This document shows, one piece after another, positions 39,072-51,201 of a stretch of 64,000 nucleotides of DNA. The translations under genes were made by a program, and so were the position numbers. How positions within the stretch are numbered: the first letter of the stretch is position 1; the number at the start of each line of letters is the position of its first letter. This DNA comes from Squalus acanthias (Eukaryota): contig CM059431.1 of assembly GCA_030390025.1 (NCBI GenBank), positions 105,960,001 to 106,024,000 on the forward strand. Direction: 5' to 3'. The notes below the pieces were generated by a model. That model did not search any database and was not told the DNA's origin. It saw only the letters and a program-made list of their open reading frames with translations.

Positions 39072-39528
39072 AAAGAAAGAACTTGCATTTATATAGCACC
39101 TTTCAAGACTTCCCAACGTACTACACAGTCAACAAAATACTTTTGAAGTGGAGTCACTGCTGTAGTGTAGGGAACGCATTTTGTGCACAGCAAGGTCCCA
39201 CAAACAGCAATGTGATAATGACCAGATTGTCTGTTTTTTGGTGATGTTGGTCGAGGGATAAATATTGGCCCCAGGACACCGGGGAGAACTCCCCTGCTCT
39301 TCTTCAAAATAGTGCCATCTGATCTTGCACCTCCACCTGAGAGGGCAGACGGGGCCCAGGTTTAGCGTCTCATCTGAAAGACGGCACCTCCGACAGTACA
39401 GCACTCCCTCAGCACGGCACTGGGAGTGTCAGCCTAGATTTTGTGTTCAAGTCTCAGAGTGGGACTTGAACCCCATGACCTTCTGACTCAGAGGTGAGAG
39501 TGACATCCACTGAGCCACGGCTAACACC
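39072..39528 (-). mobile_element. DeuSINE, full length
   Basis: Homology to other copies. Confidence 0.85.
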
Positions 39529-40582
39529 AATACTGCGATATATTTGCAACAATTCATGGATGTATGGGTATAAATGCAAAAAACAAAATCTCATTTTCAG
39601 ATGATAATGGATCACTTGACCTTCAATCTGCTGTTCATGACGTGAACTGAACCCACTGATGGGATTATTTTCTTGTAATCACTCCCACTCACCCATTTTC
39701 TTTGTGTAATCGCTCCCACCCGCCCACCTTACTCCACTTAAATGCCAATAATGTTAAAGCTAATAAATAAACTTATTGCAAAAATGCTTTATGAAATGGG
39801 ATGACTGTCCTTTCATAATGTGGTGTTTTTTTTAAAGAGACAAATTTCACAGAAATATTAACCTAATGTAAGAATGACTGTAAATTGGTGCTAATAAAAT
39901 ACTTTTTTTTTTAAACAACAGAAATGAGGGATTACTAGTTCATGCCTGGTAATAAGAGGCAACAACCACCCTCTGATCATATGCAATTCTTATACCGTAG
40001 CTCGGTTTCGATGTTACATCAATGGAAGTTAACATCTTTAAAGCCACCGCAATAATGTTTAAAAGGGCTGAATCATCCTGTGGTGAGTTGTAACTGCAAT
40101 TCTTCAAACAATCTAGAGCAGTCAAAACTGATGTCACGGCAACGGCGTATGAGTGGGACTACATGTGAAGCGTGCAAGCATATTGCAAAGTCCTTCCCCT
40201 CGTACCACTTGTGTGTGAGACGGGTTACCAATCAGCAAAAGCACGCAAACCTGATTTTCAAACACAAATGCATCTACTATTCCCCAAAAAAAGGCCAATA
40301 CAAAGAAGAACTGCAGTTTGTTAACGATGCCTGATAATTAATTTTTACACTCCAATTTTCTTTGACAAACAGAAAAACGTTTCTTAGGCATGTTCATTTG
40401 TATCACTAGCTCCTACTGTAGGAGAATATGGCCACAGCTCCCCTGACAGGTCAGTGGATAATAGCACTGTTGGGTGTTACAATGACTCATGTAGGCTCCC
40501 ATTTGGGTTGAAGGATTAGGAGATAGTATTCCTGCAAAATTCAACAACAATACAACAACCTCTCTTTATATAGCGCGGTTAA

Positions 40583-40778
40583 TGCTTATTAAGGTGAGGG
40601 ACACCAGGACTGGGCAATGGAACATTGTTTCACTTTTCAACCCAGTGTGAGCATCAAGAATTCCCTCAAGTTTGGCATAAACAGGTTTACATAGAAAATA
40701 AACTCCCCCTGAAGACTGAGGGGGTGGGGGTTGAAATTTTACAGTCTCTTTTCCTGTCAGTGAGAAATTGGAGGTTGA
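40583..40778 (+). repeat. 196-bp direct repeat, copy 1
   Basis: About 12 substitutions and no indels relative to 41928-42123. Confidence 0.92.
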
Positions 40779-41219
40779 ATCCCTGTTCTGAGCTAGCTGA
40801 CCTCAAATGGGATGACTGTAGGGCCTTGGGAGAAGGGGGAAGATGATACTCCTGGTTGTTAGCTGGTGATTGCAGTTGAAGAGTATTTGTATGGTTGGTA
40901 GGTGAGCTCATGACCAAGCGCAGTTGTGATACACCCCATGATTAGACAGCCTGCTGTCTCCCATTGTCTGCGTTCACGTATGAAAGGCACCGGCGCAAGG
41001 CTAGCGAATGTGTAGCTCTGCATAAGTAAACACCTTCAGGAAAGTGAGGGAGAAAAGGGTCAATGAAATATGATAAATCTGTAGCTTGAGACAAACCGTA
41101 GCAGAAAAGTTTGCTTGCTCTTGAATCTAGAAATAGGAGAACTAATCCGGGAATGTTTAAGTATTCAGATTCTAGACTTGTAAGTATTAGTATCTGGTTT
41201 CTCCCAATCTGATGATAGT

Positions 41220-41520
41220 TCCCTCTGAGAACTCTGCGTTCCTCCAACTCTGGCATCTTGTGCATCCCCTACTTCTTTTGCCCCACCATTGGCAACCGAG
41301 CCTTCAGCCGGCTAGATCCTAAGCTCTGGAATTCCCTTCCCAAACCTCTCCACCCTCCTTTAAGATGCTGCTTAAAACCTACCTCTTTGACCAAGCTTTT
41401 GGTCGCCTGTCCGAATGTCTCCTTCTTTGGCTCGGTGTGAATTCTTGTCTGATTCCACTCCTGTGAAGCACGTTGGGATGTTTTACTACATTAAAGGCGC
41501 TATACAAATACAAGTTGTTG
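41220..41520 (+). mobile_element. L2-type 3' fragment
   Basis: TIGNRAFSRLDPKLWNSLP. Confidence 0.8.
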
Positions 41521-41927
41521 TATTGTTGTTGAATATTGCAGGAATACTATCTCCTAATCCTTCAACCCGAATGACAAATGGTCTGATACATACTGCCACA
41601 AGTCTACCAGAGGTGCACGTCAATACATCAACTGCATTACCAGCCATCGAGATATACATAACAAAACTGGAGATCTAAAGTATTCCTTTAAAAAAAACTG
41701 AAATGATAAAATATCTACTTAATTAGCTCATATGGCATTCCCACCTAGTCCTATCCCCATGCTGGCAATTATATTCCCATGGCCACCATTACCTGTTCCT
41801 ACATTCTCACGTTACTACAACTGTAGTGCTTAAAACAATCTCTAGAGTCATCAGTTACAAATTTTTGAGATCCAATTGCACCTTGCATCAAGGATATATT
41901 ATCTCTTTTTTTGTGTATGTATGTTTC

Positions 41928-42123
41928 TGCTTATTAAGGTGAGGGACACCAGGACTGGGCAGTGGAACATTGTTTCACTTTTCAACCCAGTGTGAGCATC
42001 AGGAACTCCCTCAAGTTCGGCATAAACAGGTTTACATAGAAAATAAACTCCCTCTGAAGACCGAGGGGGTGGAGGGTGAAATCTTACAGTCTCGTCTCCT
42101 GTCAGCGAGAAATTGGAGGTTGA
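41928..42123 (+). repeat. 196-bp direct repeat, copy 2
   Basis: See copy 1. Confidence 0.92.
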
Positions 42124-42407
42124 GCAAAAAAAGCTGGATGCTGGCTGCACTTGCATCAGGCTGAATTGCGTATCCCATGCTAAACCTTTTAACCACGGTC
42201 TCAAAATCTACCACATTAACCAGTTATTAGGAAGCAATCTATTCTCATCAGGAATTAGTGGAACTGAAGTCTTTCCTCAGGTGCAGAGTTTATATTGCAC
42301 CAAGCAGTGCTAAATTGGGTCTTTTTAATAGTGATGGGAACAGTCACAGCCAGTCTGCTTGCTGCCATCAACTGTTAAGCTGCTGGAGAAGTGGTGCTGT
42401 GCACTTG

Positions 42408-42925
42408 CATAGAAGTTACAGCATAGAAACAGGACATTCGGTCCAACTAGTCTATACCGGTGTTTATGGCCCACATGAGCCTCCTCCCTCCCTACTTCAT
42501 CTCACCCTATCAGCATATCCTTCTATTCCTTTCTCCCTCATTACTTATCTAGCCTCCCGTTCAAGGCATCTATAATATTCACCTCAACGTCTCCACATTC
42601 TCTGAGTAAAGAAGTATCTCCTGAATTCCTTATTGGATTTATTAGTGACTATCTAGTTAGTTCTATCTTCTATCTAGTTCTCATCTCCCCCACAAGCGGA
42701 AACATATTTCTCACCATCTACCCTTTCAAACCCCTTCATAATCTGAAAGATCTCTATTAGGTCACCCCTCAGCCTTCTCTTTTCCCGAGAAAAGAACCCT
42801 CTGCCTGTTCAGTCTTTCTTGATCATTATGCCCTCTCAGTTCTGGTATCATCTTTGGTAACTTTTTTTGTACCTGCTCCAGTGCCTCTGTATCTGTTTTG
42901 TAATACGGAGACCAGAACTGTATAT
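42408..42925 (-). mobile_element. CR1 LINE 3' fragment
   Basis: Homologous to 3405-4025. Confidence 0.8.
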
Positions 42926-43007
42926 GGAGACGAGAACTTGCATACTCAAATGAACTCAGGCAGCTCTGTTCAACTGCTGATGAAAACAGCTAATAGAATA
43001 GTTCTTA

Positions 43008-43468
43008 GTGTCAGCTGTGGCTCAGTTGGTAGCACACTCACCTCTGAGTCAGAAGGTTGTGGGTTCATAGTCCCACTCCAAGGACTTGAGCACATAAAGC
43101 TAGGCTGACACTCCAGTGCAGTGCTGAGGGAAAGCTGCACTGTCAGATGTGCTGTCTTTCAGATGAGATGTTAAACTGAGGCCCCGTCTGCCCTCTCAGG
43201 TGGACGTAAAAGATCCCATGGCACTATTTCGACGAAGAGCAGGGGAGTTATCCCCGGTGTCCTGGGGCAAATATTTATCCCTCAACTAACATAACATAAA
43301 CAGATTATCTGGTCATTATCACATTGCTGTTTGTGGGAGCTTGCTGTGCGCAAATTGGCTGCCGCATTTCCCACATTACAACAGTGACTACACTTCAAAA
43401 AAGTACTTCATTGGCTGTAAAGCATTTTGGGACGTCCAGTGGTCGTGAAAGACGCTGTAGAAATGCAA
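43008..43468 (+). mobile_element. DeuSINE, full length
   Basis: Homology to other copies. Confidence 0.85.
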
Positions 43469-44144
43469 CCCAAGTCGTCTTCTTAGAATGGAAAGGTGGC
43501 GTAGCATAGAGAATGAATTATTAAAAAAAATATATAATTGTTTTAAAAGCCTGCTGTACATGTGCTGGGGATAACTGTACACATCGTGTAGAACCAAGTT
43601 CTGTGCACACACACGGCAAGTCTTGCTTTGGACTATGATGGAAGACCTCCTTACTCCAACACAATGCCTACAGTATAACTGGGGCATTTAATCTGCTTCG
43701 GGGAGGTTGAAAAACCGTATTGCTTGTAACCCAGAAGAATGAAATATTTGTGCTTACAAATTTTGTATTTTAGATATACATATTTATCCAGCAAATCAAA
43801 GGCCGAGTTCTAAAATGGCTTAATTTAAACCATGTCAGAGCTATTTTGTCACTGCACTGTACGGAAAAGCATAATTTTAAAACATGCTCCTGAAAACCTA
43901 TGGCCATGAAAAATAGTGTGTCTGTGAAATGGTGCAGCCCAAAACGCATGCTTTGTTAATAATATAAATGAGGCAAGCGGCAGAGGATGAAAGACAAACA
44001 CACGAGACAGACAATTCTGGGTACCTCGGGCTCCACTGCCAAGTTGGGGCTCACGTGTGAAATTTAGACGGAATGGGAAAGAAAAGAAAACCCACCATGG
44101 GCATGAAAAGCAGTCGCAGGACAAAGAATGATTGATGCAAAATG

Positions 44145-44150
44145 TTTATT
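44145..44150 (-). terminator. Candidate polyadenylation signal of the Myb/SANT gene (second AATAAA at 44247-44252)
   Basis: AATAAA on minus strand followed by U/GU-rich sequence, about 430 nt after the stop codon. Confidence 0.5.
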
Positions 44151-44578
44151 CCACACAACACGGGAACGATGAAAGATGAAAAAATACAAAACATTCATTC
44201 CAAACATCACAGGTAGAAGGTAGAAGATAGAAAATGTATACTTTTTTTTATTTCAAACAACATTAATAATTATGGGAGTGGAAAAAGTTTACAAAGAATT
44301 CCAAACAATACAGATAGGTGGAGACAGTATTTGGATTTTAGATTACATGCATGTTAAATGACATTGTATTCAATACATAACTGTTAACCTTATATTAATA
44401 TCCATGATAAATACTTGCATGCAGTAACTATTTAAAGCTAATATGCTACTGTATAAATTAGTGGAACTGCTAACTGCTATAAAATATAAAACTTTAAATC
44501 TAACTATATAATAAGAAAGGTGAAGTAGATAAATTCAAACAGTTAACTCCATGTATATTTGTTATCCTTCTACTGATT

Positions 44579-45345
44579 TTACCAGTCACTGTCTGAAGAA
44601 TTTTGGGAGGAATCTTCAATGGACATGCTCTCTGCAGAGTCACCATCAGGATTGAGTGATACTTCAATCACTGTGTCACTGGATGCAACCACTGTGTCAC
44701 TGGATGCAACCACTGTGTCACTGGATGCAACCACTGTGTCACTGGAGGTCATTGCGGTGTCACTGGATGTAGTCACAGTGTCACTGGATGCCACCCCAAC
44801 ATTCTCCTCCGGATGCCTTTCAGTCAGCACGATGGAGGTCTGAATAGCCACATCTCGGCGCGGCAAGGTGGAAAAATGATGGAGTCTCACAAGTGTGTGC
44901 ATCGCACCAACCAGAGACATGACGTTCTGAGACAGCCGGGCCCCACGATACTGCGAAGCATTTTGCAATGTGTTTATGTCCCTGTGCATGTGGTTGAACC
45001 CACGCTGCACAGTGCTCACAAGTGTATCTAACCTTCGACATATGGGGCAAAGCTCCCCCTCCTGTGAGTTCTGGGACTGTGATGGAAAAGAGGAAGGGAC
45101 ATTTCCCATCGCCTCTGGCTGATGTGTCCCTCTTCGCTCTGATTGCTCTGAGGAGGTCGCTTTCATATAAGAGGTTGCTTTCCATTGCCCACCTGCACCA
45201 CATGAACCTTGTTGAACCTCTTCAGTTTCCACACCTTCCGTAGCCAATCCAGGTCCTTGACGCTGGGTAGACACCTTCTCCTCCTCCAAGATCACGGTGG
45301 TTTGCTGTTGCTCTGATCTCAAGGGTTTTGAAGTGCAACATTCAT
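44579..45345 (-). CDS. Myb/SANT-like domain protein, coding exon 2 (acidic low-complexity region, helical segment, 7-aa repeats, stop)
   Basis: Acceptor ctttttatctccccag; phase 1 matches exon 1; 767 nt open to TAA. Confidence 0.8.
44669..44794 (-). repeat. Coding 21-bp tandem repeat, 6 copies (consensus VASSDTV)
   Basis: Plus-strand unit cactgtgtcactggatgcaac, in frame in exon 2. Confidence 0.95.
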
Positions 45346-45601
45346 CTGGGGAGATAAAAAGACAATACTTTGGCTTAATTGATGATAGACTATGCATAGA
45401 CCGAAGGACTAGATCGCAATAAGGCTTTGCAAGAATTTTGAGCACAAGGAAGCTGGCAATTCATTATAGAGCAAGAACATTTACATATGCTTTGAGGGAC
45501 TTGCATACATAATCACTGCAATGCATGCTTAATGATAATAGCTGCGACTGTAATATCTGAGGTAAGCAATGATGGGTTTGACAAAACAATGCAACACTCA
45601 C

Positions 45602-45995
45602 CAGAATCACTGGAGTCAGAGGACGCATCAGGTCCGTGTTCCACAAGGTGGACTATCGGGGTCACTTTTTCTTCCTCCCATGTTAGGACTTTGTCTTTTG
45701 CCACAGCTGTATGTTGAACTGTACCTTTCTTTTTGTTAAAAACGACTTTTTGCCGAGCACCAAGTCTCAAGTCAATGATGCGCTTTCGACAGTCCTCAGC
45801 TGTCCGTGCTACTTTGGAAACTTTGTTGACTTTTGCGGCAATAAGGTTCCAGCCACGTCGATGACCCTCACTAGTGGGCATTTTGGGTCTCGTGGCCAGG
45901 AATATTCTTTGTAATTTTGTGAATTGTTTCACAAGCATGCGTATAGCCAACGTGGAGAATTTAGGCTTCCGCCGTTTGGCTACGGTGGACGCCAT
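45602..45995 (-). CDS. Myb/SANT-like domain protein (Harbinger ORF2 / NAIF1 / MSANTD-like), coding exon 1
   Basis: Kozak aaaATGG; RKPKFS..MLV..W NLIAAKVN..RTAEDCRKRIIDL..LTWEEEKV; donor CTG|gtgagt; 256-nt GT-AG intron; joined CDS 1161 nt = 386 aa. Confidence 0.85.
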
Positions 45996-46704
45996 TTTCG
46001 TCTGTTTTCCGCCTGTGCGGAGTGGAAAGAAAAATCATTTGCAAAGGTCAAGTCAAGTTCCTTCTGGAAGTTAAGGTGCTAATTGTCAATTATTGCAGTT
46101 GACTTCTGCTTCCATTTTCCACACCAGTCATCCTTGTGGCTTCTGAATGGCATTGCCAATTTAATGTTAAATTAATGACAAAATATGGCCAGTTTTGTAT
46201 TAGGAATTTGCGGCAACCAGGAACTGTATCTGTATCTCCAAAGCACATTATGCTTAATGCCCTTATAAGCGGCAGAAAAAGAAGACTTTCATCCTTCCAG
46301 TTCAGGCTGTGGTCAAACCCAGGCTCCAGAAGGAACTGGATAGTCTGATAACCCAATGTAGCATCCAACTCAAATTATTATATTTGATAATATTTTGTTT
46401 CAAAAAATCATTCACAGAAAAACAATGACAACTTATATTTATATAACACCTTTAACTTAGTAAAACGTCCCAAGGTGATTATTATTTAAAAAGTATCGCC
46501 ATTGTATAAACCTTAATCTTCTTCACTTGCGCATGTGCCAGGTGACATTACTATGAGAGTCAGAAGATAATAACTGAGATGGATAACATATTTCTTAATG
46601 TTCATTGATTGGGTTTTCAATCACTGCTTAAGTTTTCTGTTCTTGTGGGATGTTTTGGAAAAGGGCACATTGTACTGTTTCCTGATGTGTAAAGTAACAG
46701 AATG

Positions 46705-47080
46705 CTTTGAAACATACAAAATCTTTACAGGGCTTGAGAGGGTAGGTGCAGGGAGGATGTTTCCCCTGGCTGGGGAATCTAGAACCAGAGGCCACAGTCT
46801 CAGAATAAGGGGTCGGCCATTTTAGGACTGAGATGAGGAGAAATGTCTTCATTCAGAGGGTGGTGAATCTTTGCAATTCTCTACCCCAGAGGGCTGTGGA
46901 GGCTCAGTCGTTGAGTGTATTCAAGCCAGAGATCGATAGATGTTTGAATATTAAGGAAATCAAGGGATAGTGCAGGAAAGTGGAGATGAGGTAGAAGTTC
47001 AGCCATGACCTTATTGAATGACGGAGCAGGCTCGAAGGGCCAAACGGCCTACTCCTGCTCCTATTTCTTATGTTCTTATG
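46705..47080 (+). mobile_element. CR1 LINE 3' fragment
   Basis: ETYKIFTGLERV...GESRTRGHSL. Confidence 0.85.
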
Positions 47081-47220
47081 AACTCATGAGTCATTACATC
47101 ACACTGCCCGTGACGTAAATTGGAGCCAGCTTAGTGCTTGCGTTCATTTTAAATCGCTATATTGGACCACTATTGTCTGCAGTGGCATTTTATACAGCGA
47201 CTGTATCATTTTAACATAGT

Positions 47221-47960
47221 GGCCCGGATTTGCGGTGGTAACGCAGCAAAACTGTCAGCGTTTGCCGTCATTACACCTCCAAAACTGACCGTAACTTCAG
47301 GGTTTAGCGCATGCGCAGATAAACGCGGAAATCCTGAAGTTGTGGTCAGTCATTCCCTGTTCCACCACAGGCTGCGCTGTGGAATCCCCATAGCCGGCAA
47401 TCAGTGAAATCACTTGAACTGATGAAAACTTCCCCTTTTCCGCTCTAATATCACTGATAAAAATCACCATAAAAAGTTAAGCCTTGTTCAATGAGCTGTA
47501 CCTGTGATTTTAACAGCGTTCTGAGTAATAACTGTTGCTGACCAACCGTTCTGGCCCTGAAAAGCTAATTTTATATTTGTGGAATGTCAAATTTCTCCCT
47601 TATGATAAAAATTACTAGATTTTGTAAATAATAAAAAAAATGTTTTTAATATTTCAGTTTTACCTTAACTCCATGTGTATGTCCCAATCTTTATTTCACT
47701 GTGTAAAAAATTTTTTTAAATGATAAAAGCTGCTTCTTATTTCCTGGTTTGTTGTCTGTGAGAATTCTTCAATGAGATTGGCTGCTTAGCCAGCCAGATG
47801 ACATCACTGCTGCCGAACGCTGGAGATCCCCAACACACAGCGCTACAAACAAATTAATGTTGAGAAAGCGAAATTTTCTGCCACAGAGATCGCAAGATCT
47901 TTGTAGGCAGCTTTCTTCGAGGTCAGGGGCAATCGCCGTCGCTTCACCACTAACTGCCAA
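47221..47960. mobile_element. Harbinger-type MITE, same family as 18246-19016, right end decayed
   Basis: Left TIR ggcccggatttgcgg and collinear interior homology. Confidence 0.75.
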
Positions 47961-48046
47961 TGTCATTCTATACAGTGAGCCAAAGAAATTCGGCTTTAAA
48001 TTTGGTTCCACCTTTGGGTAGCTAATTCCAGTACATTAACTGTTTA

Positions 48047-48472
48047 CAACAACAACAACAGCATGTATTTATATAGCACCTTTAATGTAGGAAAATATCC
48101 CAAGGCGCTTCACAGGAGTATTATCAAACAAAATTTGACACCGAGCCACACAAGCAGATATTAGGACAGGTGCTTGATCAAAGGGGTAGGTTTTAAGGAT
48201 CATCGTCAAGGTGGAGAGAGAGGTAGAGAGGCGGAGAGGCTTAGGGAGGGAATTCCGGAGCTTAGGACCCAGGCAGCTAAAGCCACGGCTGCCAATGGTA
48301 GAGCGATGAAAATTGGGGATGTGCGGAGGTCAGAATTGGAGGAGCGCAGAGATCTCGATGGGTTGTGGGGCTGGAGCAGGTTACAGAGATAGGGAGGGGC
48401 GAGGCCATGGAAGGATTTGAAAACAAGGATGAGAGTTTCAAAATTGAGGCTTTGCCCGACAGGAAGCCAATG
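48047..48472 (-). mobile_element. L2-type 3' fragment
   Basis: HWLPVGQSLNFETLILVFKSFHGLAPPYL. Confidence 0.85.
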
Positions 48473-48514
48473 TACAATCACCGAGCACAAGACTGAGGGA
48501 TCTCACATGACATA

Positions 48515-49350
48515 GGGGGTGATTTTGCCAATGGGGAGCTTTTGGAGGCGGGACTCCCACTTGTCGGGTTTCAGTCTCGCCTCCATCAACTTCTGGCCAA
48601 CCCACGCTATTTTCCCTTGATTGACCTGGTTAATCCCTCCCAGTGGGTTTAGCAGGACAATTAAGGGAAAGCCAGTTGCAGAGAACGTCAACGTATGATG
48701 TTTCATCTGTCAAAAATTTTTGACAGATGGAATTGTCATCGTTTGACAGCTCTGTGAAGCTGTCAAACAGCGACAGTCACTGTAGTTTGATGAGGTCTTG
48801 AATTCAAGACCTCATCAAACCTCTTTCCTTTACAGAAATGAGATGGTTGTTGCATTGGAGAATGCAACGGCCATCTGTCATCTCTACCGCGGAGGTGCGA
48901 GACTCTCCGCATACCCACCGACTGAAGCCTGCAGGAAGAAACAAAGGTAAGTAAACTTTTTCTAACACTTTGCACTTACCTCAGATACTCACCTCTCCAC
49001 ACTTGCACCCATCACTCACCTCCACAGCACACTTTTGCACCCCTCCGACCCCCGCAGACCCACTACTCGCCTCGGTGACCCTGGCGGGGTTTGCAGCCTT
49101 CGGGAAGCCGGCACTTGTGTGGGCAAAATGGTGATAAGCCTATTTTCTGCCAGTTAACTACCTGTTAACAGGCAGTTAAGTGGCTGTAATGCCTTCCCGC
49201 CTCCAAGGAGACGGGATCCGGCGCGGGACGGCTACCCGCCTCCTGGCAAGATGGCACGGAGGCGGGTTGGGCACCCGCCCCCAAATTCTGCCATTTTCCC
49301 GGCAATCCTGCCTCCATACCCGCCTCCCCAGGGCTGGCAAGATCGCGCCC
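48515..49350. mobile_element. Probable Harbinger-type non-autonomous element
   Basis: Imperfect TIRs gggggtgattttgcca / tggcaagatcgcgccc; TSD not clean. Confidence 0.55.
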
Positions 49351-50260
49351 TACATGTCAGCACGTCAAGATGGCAGCACCATAACAATGACAGGCAGTTC
49401 AATAAACCAGTTATTGCATTTCAATGTCCACAGTCCAATTTTTCTAAGCTTACTTCAGTTTTAAGAAGACAACCATTATCACCAAGGACCTAACTATATC
49501 CAATCCTATGGTTTCCAAGGTTACCTGATTAACCAGATAAAGCAACTGTTCTGGTCATAACAAATTAAAAACTGCATTAATCACAGGCTCTGTCATTTGA
49601 AGTTTCGGGTGCTTCTTTGAGCGGATTCCAGTTACATTATTGGTACAGCATTAGCAGAGTTCATCACTATCATCTTCTCTACATTGAGGTTATGTCAATG
49701 TTGCTTTGAAGCTGGTATATCTTTACTGCCCAACTAAATCATTCACAAGGGACTGCTTCATGTCACTGCAAAGTTGGCTGACAGAAGCAGGCTTTGCACA
49801 CGTGTGCACTGACGATACGGCATCTGCAGAGCATCAAATTGTTTCAATGTGTAGCAGACATTACTGTAATGTTTTTTTCCCCTTCAGATTATCTGACTAC
49901 AGTGAAGCCTCTCCTGGAATTTCAATTTACTGCTTTAAAGCTGTGTTGGCGTGATTGCTAAGTTAGCACGTATTTTTCCTGTTCATACAAACACACTAAC
50001 TGATCTGTGCAGTTACTAAATCATCTGCTAACGCCAACAAAATTCAAAGAAACTAGTTTGTAATAGTTAAAGGAGAAGGTATCTACTGTGGGGAAATTCT
50101 CTTTATTTCCGCACTTCTGAGATGAATAGTCCAGTGCAAGGACACGGTGTAGACACATGACAAACCAATGTTTTACAAGAGTGGACATTCTCAACCAATG
50201 TCACTGACTAGTCTAACCACAAGCCACATCTATTGTTAACTGCGTCAAGTTAGAATCATA

Positions 50261-51160
50261 GGGGGAAAAATTCAGTATCGCCCCGTTTGGGGCGCAATTA
50301 TCGGCCGGGCGCAAAGATTAGCGGCTGGCGCTAATTATCGCCTCCGACTGCAAACTTGACTTTTATCGCCCCTGGAGGTGATTGGAGCGCTAAATCAGGC
50401 GCTACACATCTGTCTTAAGGCGCAAAGGCCGAGGAGCGAGGCGCTAACTCAGAGCGCTGGCGAAGCTCATGTGATGTCAGTCAGCAATGGAACACAGACA
50501 CAATGGCGCTGTCCAGTTCTTAAAGGGGAGGGTTGATCTTGCTTTCCATCCACATCCTGCTCATTGCAGCCTTGAATCTCGGCCTGGAGAGACCTGTACA
50601 TCAAATCTGCTGGAAAGAACAATGGAGAGACCCAGGGAAAGAGCTCAGAGTGCAACCCCTACAGTCTCTTCTAAATCGATACAAGGAAGGGCAAATCAAA
50701 ATGAACCTGCAAAGTGCTGCTCAGTACCCAAAACTCCTTCACACAGCGTTGAATCTCTTCAGAAGTTCCTCTCTCTCTCTCTCTCTCTCAGAATGCATGG
50801 TTCAAAAATGTCACCAACAAAAAAAGGCAGGAAAGCAGTCACCTTTAAATAGCGCTCCCCCAGTCCCTTCCTGACTGCAAAACGCTCCCCTCAACCGGTC
50901 GTTGCTAGCGGCAGGCGGTAAGGCAGGGGGCGCCACTCAATATCCGCTCCGGGGTGCTACTGGGGCATTGCGCGCTCTACTGACATCACGATCTGCCGGC
51001 GCAGGAGATCGTGGTGGTAGTGTTTAGCGCCGCCGCAAAATGTCTAGTTAATTTCACGAGCGGCGCAAACATCGCCGCGCCTGGGCGCTAGTTGCTTTGT
51101 GCCCCATTAGCGCCCTCTTAAGGCGCTAACGGGAGGCGCAACCAACTGAATTTTTCCCCC
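50261..51160. mobile_element. PIF/Harbinger-type MITE
   Basis: Perfect 16-bp TIRs gggggaaaaattcagt / actgaatttttccccc, TSD ATA. Confidence 0.9.
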
Positions 51161-51201
51161 ATAGAATCATAGAATGATTACAGCACAGAAGGAGGCCATT
51201 T

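Noticed and set aside
40583..42123. Direct repeats as LTRs of a small retroelement
   Set aside because: No TG..CA termini, PBS, PPT or shared TSD; interior is L2 and unique sequence
44579..45445. 288-aa ORF as an independent gene
   Set aside because: Its first 33 codons lie in the predicted intron and it starts at GTG; better explained as exon 2 of the Myb/SANT gene
35530..45995. Transposase remnant and intact Myb gene as one autonomous Harbinger
   Set aside because: 9 kb apart with no enclosing TIRs, very different decay, and the remnant has its own Myb partner at 34835-34920
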